Part shown: piece after piece, positions 49,450 to 61,988 of the stretch
Position numbering within the stretch: the stretch's first letter is position 1
Layout: every line of letters starts with the position of its first letter
NCBI RefSeq assembly: GCF_000315625.1
Contig: NW_005434672.1
Coordinates: forward strand, 1,182,155 to 1,246,154
DNA from: Guillardia theta CCMP2712
Lineage: Eukaryota > Protista > Cryptophyta
DNA: 64,000 bases
Reading direction: 5' to 3'
Notes under the pieces: model-generated
Database searches by the model: none
Seen by the model: only the letters and a program-made list of their open reading frames with translations
What the model was told of the DNA's origin: nothing
Program-made: the position numbers and the translations under genes

Positions 49450-50450
49450 GCGGCTCACTGGCCCCTTGGCCGCGTGACCGGAGGACTCCGGGAATATCCG
49501 ACCGATGCGCTAGAAGATCTTGAAGCCTCGTCACTGCTACACTATAACTTAACTTTGAGTAAACTTAGCTACACAATCACACTCACCGTACTATCACTAC
49601 TACAACATTTTTCGTTTTACTCCACTACTGAGTCAGCGGCACGGGCGGCTTCAACGGGGGGGCCGCTGTTGGACCAGACTGAGGCCGCTCCCGGTCGGAG
49701 CCGAGAAGTTCAAGTTGCGGCTCAAATGGCCTCTTGCAGGACGATGGGTGATCCGACTTGCAAACGCATCCGGTCCAGGATCTTTCGTCAGCTCAAGGCC
49801 TCCCTGTCCTACGCTGCCATCATCGCGGGTGCATCCCGGTATGCGTCTCATTCCTTCGGCGGCGGCCACCGCGACATCGCTGGCATGGCGGCGCGGGGGG
49901 ATTGTCCAGCGCGCCGTTAAGTGAAGGTATCAGTTAAGTTTGGGGGACAGCAGTTGGCAGGATTGGGTTTGGTTCTCGCTGTCTTTTCTCTTCTCGCCGT
50001 TTGGCCTGTGCGACAGTGTCAGGGTCAAGCCTCCTCGACTCTCCTGATTGTCCTCGTACTGATCTTTACCTTAACTTTGAGTAAAGAAAGCTCAAAGCCT
50101 GGAAAAGCCTTGATCTTTCTGCAAGTTCGCCGGGAAGTTCAATTGGCGAGGAAAATCCGTTCACCGAGAGACTGAGACGCCGTCCGACGACGAGGCTGGC
50201 CCAGACGGACCGGCCCGGCGCCGGACGGTCCCGGGGGCCCCGGACACCGAGCGTCAGGCCACGGGCCGGGCCGGGCCGGGCCCCGGGGGACTCAGGGCCG
50301 CGAGTCACAGTCGGACCGTCTCAGGCTTCAACGGCCGCTACGGCGTCCGGCCAGGCTGCCGCTCAGCTGTCAGGCCAGTGTGCCGGGCCGCGCGGCCCGG
50401 GCCCCGGTCGGCGCGGCGGGCGCGGCCTGGGCTTGAGGAGGGACGTGGAC
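49450..50450 (+). mobile_element. Degenerate tyrosine-recombinase retroelement (DIRS/Ngaro-like) remnant embedded in a GC-rich island
   Basis: FRQLKASLSYAAIIAGASRYASHSF resembles the YR YxxHSFRRGG region; followed by repeat segment B; ttaactttgagtaaa repeated at ~49550 and 50071. Confidence 0.5.
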
Positions 50451-50744
50451 CCAGTCTCCCGAAATAGAACGAGCAATGGTGAGTTGCGAGTCTGATGAAG
50501 ATGAAACTGCATGGAGGGAGGGGGAGAAGGATCAGAGGAGGAAGACATGGAGTAGTGGAGCATCAGGAGGGAGGAAGGGGGGAGTGAAGGGGGGCGGAGA
50601 GGGAGGAATGGTGGGAGAGAAAGAGGGAGAGGAGGGGAAAGAAAGCAGATTTCCAAGCAGTGATAAGTGTATAACACCATTACCGATGAGATAAATGAAG
50701 AATGAAGGTAGTATACTTATCCATTATTTTTATGTAGAAGAGGC

Positions 50745-53700
50745 TCAAAGACGGAAAGAAGGAGAAAGAAGTGAAATAGTCTTGATGCTATAATTGCAGT
50801 TCGCTCTCGCGCAGAAGTACAATGCCTTGAAGGGCCACCAACTCCAAGTCCTTGATGGCAATGGCGAGCCAGAGCTCGACAGGTACTTGTAGTGTGAGAG
50901 CTTATGATGGCCTGACTCGACTGCTCTAGCTACCTCGCCATGCCCAACAACACCTCCGATGGCGACTTGTGGAACCCCCTGACTCGGAGACTTGTATGAT
51001 GTCAACTCGATTGGATGCTGGCTGACGCTGCTGCAGGCTGCGCCATCGCCTACGACACCACCCCAGCATAAGTTTGCCACGGTGATGCGAGAGAGTGCAG
51101 AGCATGAAGCAGGTCAAGTTTATTGTAGAATATGACAGCGTAGCAAGTTGTGCTGTCTTGCAAGATCGCGAAGTCTCCTGATGCTCGCAGTCGCTTGAAA
51201 GTTTTTGTTCAGTGTGAAGCTCAAGAAGCTGAGTTGATTATCCATCCCTCTCCATCCATACGGTTGGAACCGTTTCGTGTCTCTTCAATCAGTCTTACAA
51301 TTTCTTCCTCCGTCGAATCGTCTGTGCTTCCCGCCTCTTGTTTGTTCTCCGCTTTGGCCTGGCAGCTTCTGTCCATGAGCTCGTTACAGTTTTCCTCCTC
51401 TTTATGCTCCTGCGCCATCTCAAACAGCCTCGTGTAAAACTTGGCGTAGTCCGGGTCAATCCCCTTGCCCTCAACCTTCATCCGTTGAGGTGAAGCATCG
51501 GAAGAGACATCAGAAAACCTTGAACTATGTGAGATTGCATCCTCATCTTCAGAGAGTTCAGAAGATTCTTCCTTGCGATCTCGGTCACCGTCGCTCTCGT
51601 TCTCTTTGCCGTCAAGAGCATCCGAAGAATCTGGTCGGGCCCCAGGCTGAAACATCTTCTGTATGTTCAGCTTCTGACGGAACTTGGCCAGTCTCGCATC
51701 TCTTCTGCTCCATTTCTCCTTCTCCTTCTTCTCCTCCTCCTCCCGTTTCTGTCTGCAGCGTAACCTCTTCCTTCCAAAACCCTCAAGGCTCACCTTGGCC
51801 TCCAGTTTCCGTCGAGCATCTTGAACTCGCTGCGCGGCTCGTTGCATGCAGACAGCCCTGAAGCACAAGAGATTTACAGATTTGACAAGGCAGTAGGGGG
51901 AAACGACCTCATGTGCTGAAGGTATTTGGCCTCCTCTGAGTCCAACCCATTCGTTGGCTCGTCTGCTCGGGAAGAACGATCTGAGGAATGTCAGGAGAGG
52001 AACAGACAGGCAGTCGTATGTCACCTGATGATTCTTTCTTGAACCTTTCAAGCAGGTTCTTCTGTAGCATGCTCTTTGTTTTCATCTGTAGCATCTGCAG
52101 CTTCTCTTTCTTGAGAGCTTTTTCCTGCCGCTGTGCTTCCTCCTCCTTTGACTTGGCATTCTTCAACTCTGCTGCAGCTTTCCTCGCTCTTTCTGCAATC
52201 TTCCGCTTGTCCTTTCGAGAAGAAGGTTGCAACCTACTGAAAGCAGAAGCTGAGTTTCCAGCTCCTGGGTCTGTTGCTGCTGTTGCTTGGCCTGCTTGTA
52301 ATCTTGAACCTTCTCCTCGGTCTTGGTTGTTCGAGCTAGGAGGTGCCAAGTTCTGTCTAGTTGTTTGGTCACGCGAAGATTTCTTAATAGCAATATGAGG
52401 ACCAGGACTAGAATGGCCGGGAATGAGAAGAGGAGGAACTGCATTGCGAGGAGGTATTGGACGGGGAGGAGAATGAGGCATAGGATGTGACGCATGAGAA
52501 AGATGTTGAGCGGGAGGGTGTAGTGCAGGGCGATGGAAGGCAGTAAGAGGAGATTCATGCTTTGTTTCGCCATCATCTCTCGTCCTGGAAGAGAAAGTCA
52601 AGTCGAACAGCCCGCTCTTGCTATCCGAACTCTCCGAAGGAATCGGGCTCGTTCCAGGATGAAATTTTGGTTTCTCCGGTGGGGCAGATGGCCGGGGATG
52701 AGAGCCATTGGGTTTCGGAAATGAAGACGCCAGAGGGTCAGGATGTTCAGGGCTGACAACCTTAAGAATTCCTTGACCCTTTGCTTTCAGGGGTTTGCTC
52801 GTAGGAGTGGCAAATGCTTCTGATAAATTGATCGTTGGATATTTGCTGGACACGTTCTCCTTGGAGTTCTTCCTCGATCCCTCATGCTCTCCTGTGCGAG
52901 GCTCTGTCAGTTTATAGGAGAGAGGAAGAGTGAAGACATGAACCTCTGCCACATGATGGTGAGACCGGAGGAACAACTACTCTTTGGTATGGAGGGACCC
53001 CTTCCATTCCAGACTGCACATGGCGAAAGATTCTGTTTCGTCCCTCCTGATCTTTTGATGCACTTAATCCTCGACTCTTCTTACATGATAGAGGTTGATG
53101 GTCTGGTTTCTTCGAAGAAGAAACTTGTGATATGTATTCTTTTCTCCTCTTGTCTTTGTGCCACACCAAGTAAGCATTGCAGTGCTGGACAAGCTGAGGG
53201 ATTCCCAGCGCCATTCCAGCGGTGATCAAAGAATTAATCCCAGAAGAACTGAATCCAATCCACTCACACCTGCTAGCAAGCTCCAACTCTCTTTGTGTCT
53301 CAAGTTCGTGAGATTGATTGAGGAGGGAATATCCAGCAAATTCGCTGCTGATCATGTTCCTAAGTCTCGCAATGACAGCGAAATCCTTGAGGATCTCTTC
53401 GTCAAGGTTGATCACTCTCTCTGATCTCTCCGCCAAATTCCTTCGGATTTCCTGCAAAGCCACGGAATGTTGCCTGCTGGTCAGAGCACCTGCAAGCGAT
53501 GCAATCTTGTGTCTGAGCACCAAAATCTCGTTCACTTCTCTCGAGCTCGCAGCATCGACGAGAGATCTTCGAATCGAGTTCAGCGCTCCCATCACCGTCT
53601 CCATCTGTGCCTGACAAGTAGCTGAATCACGCACCATAGCATCTTCTTCCACTCTCTCAGCACATGACTTCCAATCCTCGAAAATTTTCGGGTTTTGTAA

Positions 53701-53937
53701 GTAACCAATCAGTCTTTGTGCAAAGCTGATGTCGAAAAGTTCATCAGTGTTCCGTATAAATCCGTAGCAATCCAGAAGCCATTGCTCGACCATCCTCTCG
53801 TCAACGTCGAAGCTGCCTTCTCGCTCGCTCTCGAGGAAGCGTTTTCGAATCAGGTCGCTACCTCGGACCACACACGCAAACTCCTCCTCACTTAGCTGGA
53901 GAGCAGCTGACGGACGAGAAGCCTCGCCCTCGATCAT
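50745..53937 (-). CDS. Hypothetical large multi-exon protein (possibly two genes)
   Basis: Three long same-strand ORFs (52912-53991, 51909-52976, 51221-52051) joinable by short introns; low-complexity and coiled-coil content. Confidence 0.5.
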
Positions 53938-54199
53938 GTGCCAGCTCCATCCTCCCTCCCTCCTCCTCCACCCCCATCCCCTTCTCACCATCTCGCTAAC
54001 CCATCCTGCTTGGTGCCATCGTACGGATCAGAGTTTGACGCAGCCGTTACAAAGGGGGTTACACAAAGGCAGCCGTTGTCAGGCGGTCTCTCGGGGTGGG
54101 GTAGTTCAGTGATGTTTGGGGGGTACACCGATCCCCCGGCGGCGTGGGCCCCGGGCCTCCGTTCTTTTCATGCAGCAGTGCCAGTATATGATCGCCGTC

Positions 54200-56268
54200 T
54201 CACTGCCAGCCATACTTCGCCGTAACAGCAAGAGGCGTCCGTCGATCAGGTTCTTGTCTTTTTACGACAAAGTATAGTTCTCTCACAAAAGCTGTTGCCG
54301 AATAGCCACTCGACCTGGAAGTCTTCAAACTGCGAGCACCTAGAGCCGGAGATGGGACCGTGTCAGTCAGTGACATGGCTGAACGACATGTCAATCTTTA
54401 CAGCATGGACTTGCACTCCTCCACGCGCGTGACTGCCACTCCCGTCGGACTCGCCCTGGCTCTCAGTTCAGGCAATGGAAACCTTGATAGGGGCAAGGGC
54501 AGGCGGATGGCAGGAGGATCAAGAACCTTTTTGGCAGCTTCACTGTGAGGATCAGCAGACCCCCGGGGGCAAGGAAGTTGGCGATGGGCAGCACCAAGTT
54601 TCGAACCTTCGAGGAGTCAAACTCGACTAGGAGTTCATGAAAGAAGTTGACACCGTATCCCGAGCGTCGTTGTTGCTGTCACACATCAAGACTCCAAAAG
54701 GAGACCAGCTGATGTTTGTAAGACTCTCACCATCGCCCGCGTTGCTTGTGTTTGAGGATTTAGCGTTCTCGTCAATAACAAGCGCTGCCTGTTGCGCTTT
54801 CATTTGTAAATGCGTGATCTTGCTCTTGCACGAGTCCAACTTCGGGTCCAGCTGACCTGCTGGGAAGTCAGGGAAGTAAACGACAAAGGCACAAGAAAAG
54901 AGCAACCAGGATCGATCGCAAGTACATGTTTGACGCACGATTGCCGCGCCATGTGCCGCTGTTTGACGTCAGCTGGACCTCTTGCTTAGGAACACATACC
55001 GTCCAGCCTCCCGGGGCAGCTCCTACGTCACAGACAGTAAAAGGAAGGAAACTTGGCTTCCAATGGTAGGGGCGGCGAGACAAATCTACGATAGAGCCCT
55101 CCTGCATTCACTTCAACCGAATTGAAAAGAACATCAAGACTGCCGACTTTGTCTCCCGATTCCAACCCAACAATCTGTCGCTTTCCCGTCAACATCTAAC
55201 TTTAGCTTGTCTTTGCACCTGCATCGCCTCGAACAGTTTGAAGGTTGCATGATTCAACGGATCGCTGGTCGAAGTCAGGCTTTCCTCGCTCTCGCTCGCC
55301 TGGCAATAACATACAGTGAATTCACCGAGTCATTACATTCAAGGCTAGGTCAACTTCATCTTTCTCCGTATGATTCGATCTTTTTCCTGCTATCCGATGT
55401 TTCTCCTCTTGTCTTTGATAGTATCAGTGTGATAAAATTCTTACTGCAGCTCTCACTGTAGGTTCATCAGTCGGTCGAACCATTCTTTGCCCTCACAGAC
55501 TGTCGCATGGGTCAATGAGCTTTCACGATGTTTGACAATGTGCGTCACACCATCCCATAACACTGTTTCTTTATGAGTCTTCTCATCCATCCTGAATTCA
55601 GTCACTGTTAGATCACCTTTCTTCTTCAGCTCAAGGCAAGGATCACGTGGAAAGTGAAAGGAGGAGGTGTGTGAATTTTGTCGGGCTAAGAACATATCCT
55701 TGCTCTTCTAAGATCTTGTCGAAGTCAACCAAGTCAGACTCCATCTGCAAGAGTGACCAACAACACCGTAGAAAGAGAATTGTGGTGTGAAGGAGGAAAG
55801 GCCTGCAGTCGGATTGCTGCCTTGGGCGGAAGAAGGGATTTCATCCTCGCTAGTTCGCCTCTCTGCCATCGCATGTGAGCTGAGGAGGAAGAGAGCTTCT
55901 GCAAGTACTTCATCATGAGAAAGGAAGAGTGTCGGGAAAAATCTGTAGCTTCTTCGTGCAAACCCATCTCTGCCGTTGCACAATTTACGCAAAGTTTCCC
56001 AGAGGCGATCCCGCATTCCATTTATGTCATTGTTTGTTTGAGAGACATCTGCCAAGACTGCCCCGACATGATCTCTACCCGAAAACACCTGATGCAGATA
56101 TGCAGTGCTTTCAAAGAACATCTACATGGAACGGATGGTAAGCCAGGGGCAAAGCGGAATCCTGGCAAGACGTACCCTGAATCTTTCCGTGAGGGTTTCG
56201 TCGCAGCTCAGAGACAAGCACGCATGAATCTGCGCTCCTGACGAGTCTGGATCTGCTGTTTGGCTCAT
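54200..56268 (-). CDS. FtsJ/RlmM-like SAM-dependent RNA 2'-O-methyltransferase domain protein, multi-exon
   Basis: VCDVGAAPGGWT, VLMCDSN and FLAPGGLLILTVKLP motifs; long uncharacterised N-terminus. Confidence 0.7.
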
Positions 56269-56386
56269 CTTCGAGCCCTCGACGGTGCCTTCCCTATCAA
56301 AAGTTTAGCCTCCGATGCCTTCATTATCAAAAGTTGAGCCTCCAAATGCTCGCCTCCTGCTGTGCGGCCACGCATCCTATATACCA

Positions 56387-56881
56387 GTCTCATCTCATCT
56401 CGTCTCATTTCGTCTTGTCTCGTCTCATCTCATCTCATCTCATCTCGTCTCGTCTCGTCTCATCTCGTCTCATCTCGTCTCATCTCGTCTCATCTCGTCT
56501 CATCTCGTCTCATCTCGTCTCATCTTGTCTCGTCTCGTCTCGTCTCGTCTCGTCTCGTCTCGTCTCATCTCATCTCGTCTCGTCTCGTCTTGTCTCATCT
56601 TGTCTCGTCTCATCTCATCTCATCTTGTCTCGTCTCGTCTCGTCTCATCTCATCTCATCTTGTCTCGTCTCGTCTCGTCTCGTCTCGTCTCGTCTCGTCT
56701 CGTCTCGTCTCGTCTCGTCTCATCTCATCTCGTCTCGTCTTGTCTCATCTCGTCTCATCTCATCTCATCTTGTCTCGTCTCATCTCGTCTCATCTCATCT
56801 CATCTCATCTCATCTCATCTCGTCTCATCTCGTCTCGTCTCGTCTCGTCTCGTCTCGTCTCGTCTCGTCTCGTCTCGTCTC
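56387..56881. repeat. ~500-bp pentamer satellite (TCTCG/TCTCA/TCTTG)n
   Basis: About 99 five-base units between divergently oriented genes. Confidence 0.97.
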
Positions 56882-57018
56882 CCCTCCCCTTTCCCTCGAC
56901 CTGAGCTGCGTCCCCCGACACCATTGTTCGACAAAGAACATATAAAACAAGTTTTATCAGTGCCGGAATCCCAAACCTAAAACTCGCTTTTTTAAAAGCC
57001 GGGGCATGGCCGACAAGA

Positions 57019-58347
57019 ATGAAGGGGTTGATGCGGATCTTCGGGTTTATCCTTCTCCTCTCGCTGCTCCAGCTGCTCCTCATCGGCAGGAGAGCTTCGT
57101 CTCGTCCTCGTCCTAGACTTCTCGGCAACCTCCGACCAGACGCTCGAGCAGACAGGAGGAGCGAACTGGACTCACTGAGGGTTGAGATAGCTGATGCTAA
57201 GAGAGTCCTCAGCAACATCCAGCACTCCTTACTCGACTGTCAGGACTCCGAGTTGCTCTCCTCCACCAGTCCAGCCCCTTCACATGAGCCCAGCTCCCCT
57301 TCTGCTGTACCAGCGATCCCTCCAGCTTCCCCCCGCCAATCGCTTTCCATGGCTTCGGCATCACCTGCTCCATCTTCTCTCTTGTCAGCCCGTCCCCTCA
57401 GCCCTTCTCATCCGACGGAGCCAGCCAAGGATCAGTTCCAAGAGTTGCCTCACACAAATTCGTCTTACAGCAACTCTGACTGTGACATCATGGTGAACAT
57501 CATGACGACAGTGATAGAAGCTGGGGATGAGCTGAAAGAAAAGGCACAACTCAACGCTCTTGCATCTCTTTCCCGTCTGCAGAGCGCGAGCTTGGGCCAG
57601 ATCCGAGTATGGTTGTTCACGACATCCTTGTACTGGTCAGAGGTTGCGATGGGTTTTGGGATTAGAGTGGTGGACAAGTTCGAGACTAACTCAGCGGGCA
57701 CTCCCATGTTCTCATACCTGTTCCAACATGTTGAGAATGTTGACTTGTGTGCTGTCAAGAGTCGGTTTGTCTTCGATGGGTATGTGAACGGCGACATCAT
57801 CCTCACGAGTCGAGTGCATTTGACTCTGACTGAAGTCATGCGGAGATGGTCCGGCCCATTGCAATCAGGGGAGCGACAGGGAGTGCTGGTGATAGGAAGG
57901 CGTCACAACGTGGAGTATCAGGGGCAGCTGCTGGGAAGCGATCGGGAGGTGGAGGAGCTGGTGGGGTTTGCGGAGATGTTTGAGAGCTACGCCATGGACT
58001 ACTTCTTCTTCTCGAGAGGCTGGATGAGTTGGAATGACATCCCTAGCTTTGTGGTGGGCAGGAGAGCCTACGACAACTGGCTGGTGGACCATGCCTTCCA
58101 CCGCCCGGCCGTCGACCTCATCGATGCCACCGCAAGCATCTTCGCGCTCCATCTGACGGGGTCGGACGGCATTCGAGCAGGACACAACAAGGGGAGCGAC
58201 AACGACCACAACGTGCTGGCAGTGAACCCCTTGACGATGAGCGTGGTCAGCGAGGTGGAGTGGGATCACGGGACGACAGATCATGCGGGCTACTACACGC
58301 AGATGATGGGAGGGCAGGTCTTGATCTACTCGCGCCCGGTGTGGTGA
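57019..58347 (+). CDS. Type II membrane glycosyltransferase-like protein
   Basis: N-terminal TM, stem region, GYVNGDIIL (DxD-like), IGRRHN, DYFFF, VVGRRAYDNWLV and IDAT...ALH. Confidence 0.72.
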   Translation: MKGLMRIFGFILLLSLLQLLLIGRRASSRPRPRLLGNLRPDARADRRSELDSLRVEIADAKRVLSNIQHSLLDCQDSELLSSTSPAPSHEPSSPSAVPAIPPASPRQSLSMASASPAPSSLLSARPLSPSHPTEPAKDQFQELPHTNSSYSNSDCDIMVNIMTTVIEAGDELKEKAQLNALASLSRLQSASLGQIRVWLFTTSLYWSEVAMGFGIRVVDKFETNSAGTPMFSYLFQHVENVDLCAVKSRFVFDGYVNGDIILTSRVHLTLTEVMRRWSGPLQSGERQGVLVIGRRHNVEYQGQLLGSDREVEELVGFAEMFESYAMDYFFFSRGWMSWNDIPSFVVGRRAYDNWLVDHAFHRPAVDLIDATASIFALHLTGSDGIRAGHNKGSDNDHNVLAVNPLTMSVVSEVEWDHGTTDHAGYYTQMMGGQVLIYSRPVW

Positions 58348-59614
58348 CGTCAAGAGCGAATGCTCACGTGTACAGTGACGAAGTGGAAACTCGTCGAATA
58401 ACGTTTTTTACATGTCCAAAAACTCCTCCCCATGCTCACCCTCCATCGTGATTGCGTCACTGCGAAGGAGCTTTTTCCTCCATCTCGGAAGGGAGGGGCA
58501 TGGCGAGCGCATTCCGAGCGATGTTGGAGACATCCATGCAGTAGACTAGCTGCTTCCACCTGCCAGGTTGTCAGCCATCGCCTTCACCTCCCTGACTTGT
58601 CTCACACTCTCGGAAAGTCTTCATGCTGCAAAACCTGGCTAGGAGTCAGCTGGAAACCTCAGCTTCACATCTCCTCACCGTCTTCGCAAGAGCTTCTCCG
58701 TGCGCGCGAGCCGATTCTCTGTGCTCCCTCGACAACATTTTGATCATGCTTCGACCTGCAGGAGCCTCAACACCACATGCGTTGAAGCTCAGGGAGGCGA
58801 GCGAGCAAGGTGGAGTAGAAATGGCACAAGGACAGGAGGGGGGAGAGAGAGGAACAGAAGGACATACCTGTAGGCGAGGAGACCAGCTCGCGTAAAGAGG
58901 ACCCAATCTTGTACAGATGCTGAAAGATCGTCAGTTGGGAAGCTACTCGCAGGTTTCACCTGTTCCCTCTCAGTATCTCCCGGCAACGATCGACGAGACA
59001 AGTTGAAGAGCGACGTGACGAAACCTTGCCGGCATGTCAGGCCTCTCACAAACCCTCTAGTTCACCAGCAGCAAAAATCATCCACAAGGGCCCGGAGTCT
59101 TTCGGGTCGATGATGCTCTAGAACATTCCTGTTAGGTCAAGCATACTTCTTCCTCCCCATCACCTTGAACTTGTCGCAGACCTTTCGGAATCGCGAACTT
59201 CCGCTAAGGAGCGTCAGGGTCACTAACCCGAGTCCTTTGACAACCCACATCAAACTTGATTCTCCTCGCCTTCCTCCGCACTTACCCCACATATCATTGC
59301 TCATCATGCGCCTTCCCGTCATGATTCTCGTGCTAACGTGGAGCCGTCACGGTTGATTCCCCTCATGTTTCAGGTTTACCTCACGACAGGATCGACCGTC
59401 AGCATCTTTGTGGTGGCGCGTGTGAGGGCCGGAAGGTCTCCGAGCCAATATTCATCGCCTGAGCAGTCAACCATCACGGAGAACCCAGCTCCTCCCTCCT
59501 CGTCCCCTCTCCTTCCCGCTCTTGCTCCTCTCGTCGCTTACCGACGTTCAAAATGTTCGCCATTTTCACATCTCCATGTGCTACGCCGCAAGCATGCATA
59601 CACCTAGCATCGCA

Positions 59615-61429
59615 TTAGTTACTCGCCATCTCTTCCCCTTTGCTCTCCACATCCTCCTCCTCCTCAGGACAAGTGAGATCTAGAGAGACTGACCGCAGCG
59701 ATTTCCCTATATCTTCCAAGACCTTGATAGCAATATTGCGAGGAGCACCGGCACGCCACTTGCTTCTGGCGGTCGAGCCGAGATCTCCCTCTGCAAGCTC
59801 GAAGACAGAGCACAGGAGGCGGACATTGCGATAACCCTCCTGCCCCTGAGCGCCTGTTCCCTTCGAGTCTGGGTTGCACAGAACGTCCGCAAGCTCACGG
59901 CCTTTGATCCGCCTCGTCCAATCATTCTCTGTCAGACTTTGATTTTCGTTCTCCGGCACTGGCTCCATGTAAATCGTGTGCCAGAACCAGAGCAGAGGCA
60001 TCAAGATCATACTGTTCCTCCTCTCTTCGATCGACGACGAGATTAGAATGCCCCCATTCTGCGACGGTTTCTCTCGTGCTTTGCGCAGCAGTCGATTTCT
60101 TTGCTTCACAACATGCTTCGAGAAGGCTTCGACGGTTGGCTCCTGGTAGCATCGCACGATTGAAGTCTGATTCCACACCTGCACGGGAACATTCACGCTC
60201 ATCCCCCGGTCCTCGCGGAAGACAGGAGGAGGCTTGTCTTCCTTCACAGCGTTGGCTGCCTTCATCCCAAACATGTCAAGGACAAGGTGGAATGCCAACC
60301 AAGCAGCAGCATCCAGAGAGCTTCTCATTGGTTCAAGTCGAAACGCGACTTTGTTCTCTCTGTCCATCAAAACACACGCAAACCCCCCCTTGGAGTGTTC
60401 CGGCGGTGTCATATCAGAGCTGTCCTTCGTTGGATCGACAGTAAGATTGCCACTGGTGTCAGCAGAGCTTCCAGAAATGTTCATGTCTGCCATTTGCGCT
60501 CGCCATTCGAGAATTTGTTCCATTCTTGCCTTGAACGCTTCGACCACCTTATCGCTGGTACGATCAAGAGCATCTCTCTCCGCATCAAATCGTTTCTGCA
60601 GATCTTTCGTCATCGATCCATTCAAGGACATCTTTGATTCTCGATGAGTCGCCATCAGTTCAGTTATGTTCTTGAGTTGCTCCATCAGCGGTGCTCCATG
60701 ATCGATGCTGCTGGTGCCCTCAGTCGGAGTTTCACCGCTTGTCGCCTTCTCCTGCAGTTCACAGTCAATGGCCTGTAGCGAAGCTTCATCACGATGAAAC
60801 ACTTTGCTCAGCCTTGTTGCCTGGAATCAAAATCGTCAAGGGATTCAACTTCACGATATCTGTACATTCACCTGTCTTAGCGCAGTTTTGGCCATCTTGT
60901 TTTGTAAAGCTTCGGCATGGAGGTCAATGGAGACATGGTTGATGTTTCAGGGATACCTTCCACTGTCTTCTGGACATCATCGCCATCCTCAGCATCGACA
61001 TTCTTCTTCCTGCATTTCAGCAACTCAGTTTGTATCCCCCCCACGCCAGGCTCACCTTGGTTGACGTCTTGGCTTTTCCTGCAGATTGAGACCATCCTGA
61101 AGCAGAGGAGGGTAAGAGAGCGGCGCATGACACGGAGATGCACTCACGTCCTTCCTCCGTTTGTTTCTGAGCTTGACTGAATCCGACCCCCCTCGTAAAA
61201 GAATAGTACGTGCGCTGCAATATTTGAAATCTGTTCGGCAATCCGGGCTTGTTCCCTTGGACATGAGCTTCAGTCGCTCTGTGAGCTGTGGAGAGCGATG
61301 CAGCAGGTCTAACTCCTTCATGGAAGTCCAGATGCTGCCCGTATGCTCTGTTATGATCGGTTGCACATTGACTTGAGCAAAAGAACAGGAGCTGAGGATC
61401 GCTACCATCAGGGTCGCAGATAAGACCAT
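59615..61429 (-). CDS. Hypothetical signal-peptide protein, multi-exon
   Basis: MVLSATLMVAILSSCSFA signal peptide, ILLRGG motif, 395-aa terminal ORF. Confidence 0.6.
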
Positions 61430-61988
61430 ACCTTCGAACTCAACCCGTCCTCACATCCAGCAGTTCAGTATCTCCATCTCCATATGCCAGGACTGTGTCT
61501 CTTAACTGGCCCCCGTTGTTTTCTTCCCTGTCTGCTCCCTCCTTTTGTCGCACTGCCTCCTCTTTAAGGTATCATAATAGTTCAAGGATCCCACCAGCCC
61601 GTGATCTGTGAGCTCTTGCCTCTCCATGAGCTTTCTGTACTTGGTAGAGATTCAAGCATTGCTCTCTCCCTCTCTTACACGCCTCCGCCTCTCTCCCTCC
61701 GCCTCTCTCCCTCCCTCTTCCGCTCACACAGCTTCCCGCCATCATTCATACGGATCCCACCCCTCATCCCCCATCCTACACAAATCTTCACCCTCATACT
61801 CATCTTTTATAACCCCATGAATGCACATGCGGACCATGCAGCGAAGGGGTGAATGATGGCAGGACGCGAAGGGCGGGAAGAAGATTGATAGAGGAGAGGA
61901 GGAGAGAGAGAAGAGAGAAACGAGAAGAGAGGGTACGTAAAGGATAGGAGGAGAGAGAAGAGCCACTTGAGGGGAAGGGGGAGAAGCC

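Noticed and set aside
56315-56980. Three overlapping 180-221 aa ORFs (LVSSR repeats)
   Set aside because: Artefact of a stop-free pentamer satellite.
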